Source: Octopus vulgaris (lineage: Eukaryota). Taken from it: a DNA stretch of 64,000 nt. Where the stretch lies: assembly GCA_951406725.2 (NCBI GenBank), contig OX597814.1:118730001-118794000 (forward strand), in the 5' to 3' direction. Shown here in pieces: positions 62,146-64,000 of this stretch. Under the pieces are notes generated by a model that saw nothing but the letters and a program-made list of their open reading frames with translations, was not told the origin of the DNA and did no database searches. How positions within the stretch are numbered: the stretch's first letter is position 1; every line of letters begins with the position of its first letter. Made by a program: the position numbers and the translations under genes.

Positions 62146-64000
62146 AAATATGTATTTTAGTGAATCATTGCCAGTTTAGTGCCGCAAGAGTATATATAAA
62201 CGCGCACGCGTGCACACACACGAACATATACGCATATATATATATATTATATAAAACTCAATATCTGTATATTCGTGTGTTCGTATGCTACTTATAGACT
62301 CGAAAACTACAGGAGCGATCCTAATGATATTTGTGACACAAAATCCAAGCCTAGGGAGAAGGGTAATGCCGTATGTTTCATACAATTTTGAGTTGGCATA
62401 AGGTGGGGAGCAGAACACTTGGGGAAAATTAACTAACTTCGGATTTCGGGGAAATTTGAACGATAAGAATTAGAAATAAATTTTAAAATATATCCAAAAT
62501 GTCCATATTCTTGGATGATTCTAATTTTAGTCATTTTTCATGGACCAAAATTACTGAATGGATCCTTATGATATTTGGAACTTATATACAATGCATAAGG
62601 ATAGATTCATACCCTCCTTTATGCCGTATGTTTGGTCTGAATTTCAGGTGGGCTTAAAAGAAGCAGAGCCCCCACCATGAAAATTCATAAATTTCCGATG
62701 TTGATGCAATGTCAAACTTAAATAATTGAGAGAAATCAAGAATTATTCCCAATTTTTCCGCTTTTCATGAGGATTATCAGACGCCCTAATGGGGGACAAA
62801 ACTCCCAAATTTTAGTTATTTTTATGATCCAAAACAAGGTCAAAAGTATTGAAATTTACTTTATGAAATTTTGAAATTATATTCCATGCATAAAGGCGGA
62901 TGTAATGCAGTATATCTTTGAAAGTAACGGGGCATAAATGAGACCATAGCCCCCATGAAAATTTATATATTTTTATTGTTGATGAAATTGTAATAATAGA
63001 TATTAGACACAAATGAAGTAATGTTCATAAAATTTCAACTTCTTAGAAGGTTAGTAAAACCCTTTAATGGGTGCTTAATATTCACAATTTAGTTATTTTT
63101 CCTAAACCAAGGTGAATGCAAATGTATTCTTGAAAGCTGTAGAATCGCCCAAGAATACAAAATGAGCGTTAGTGTAATTCAATGGTACAACAGTGTAAGA
63201 GTTTTCGTTGAGATATACTTAGATTGTGATTTCTGCAATGTGGTGCATAAATTGTCAAGTAAAAGAGAGACAACTTTGTGTCCACTGATTCAGTAGCAAA
63301 GTGTTATTTTGAGTAAAGTTATTTGAGTCTTTTTATTATCTCTGGGTCAGATATAATCCCCAGAGGGTAACATTAATTTCAAAGCCTTTTGAGATAAGTG
63401 AATGGTCAGTTAAATAGATTCATAAATTGCAAATTTATTCTGTTCAGTTACCTATCGGTATAGTGATTATCGGCAAACTCCACAGGTGACACTTTCCTTT
63501 CCCCTTAGCCCTCACGTCACACTGTTTTTAATGTTTATTTGAGTGGGGCCACGCCTTTCCAATTGATATAGATCCGTAGAGCATCTTACGGCTGTGCCGG
63601 TCATCTGTATGGTGAATAATTCTACGTCTAGGTTAGCGTAGCTGACTGCTTATTGTGGCCATTCGTCTTGTGGCTTCCTCTAGCTTTCCTCTCTTTTACA
63701 AACCCTGTGATCATTCACATATTTTCGATTTCAAAGAAATTTCAACAAGAGATATAAGGCAGAAGTTAAAAGGATTCCAAACCAAAGAACTTCTGTGGTT
63801 GACTTTAAGACCCCCTCCTAATCGGTGTCATAACTTTTAGAGTTCTTTGTGCTCTGTGTGCTCCATTTTCCAGAGGAAATAACCTTTGAATGAGTTTTGT
63901 AAGATTTGGATTTTGGAATCTGGGCATAAAGATGAGTAGAGTGGGATAAATATATCAGGATTAAAATTTTTGTTAGGATGTGTAAAGAGGGCTGAACCCC

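Noticed and set aside
62400-63110. Loosely repeated motifs (CCCTAATGGG...TTTAGTTATTTTT) suggesting a diverged tandem repeat or Helitron interior
   Set aside because: Too degenerate to define unit boundaries or class by eye.

Overview
AT-rich, microsatellite-dense animal genomic DNA; the SINE and LINE repertoire looks like that of an octopod cephalopod (inference). No intact host gene is recognisable, and the window is essentially a transposon landscape. It contains (i) two clusters of 5'-truncated R4/Dong-type RLE non-LTR retrotransposons sitting in (AAT)n microsatellites (1-6.0 kb, + strand; 34.2-39.0 kb, - strand, one copy split by a 1,275-bp mariner with TA duplication) and (ii) many tRNA-derived SINEs, Helitron and Penelope-like remnants and long inverted repeats, one carrying a minimal hammerhead-like motif. 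The main finding is (iii) an 8.9-kb head-to-tail array of five ~1,783-bp units (14529-23448). Each unit encodes only a gag/ORF1-like CCHC zinc-knuckle protein, with no RT or endonuclease. All six boundaries are the same TGTG. The genomic target (CACAtgGAGGAAA on the element strand) mimics the element's own 5' end (CACAgcGAGGAAA). The array interrupts a decayed, diverged homologue of its own ORF1, its 3' end is shared with a local SINE family, and the units form an ordered divergence gradient. I interpret it as a candidate self-targeting, ORF1-only non-autonomous retroelement that builds tandem arrays.
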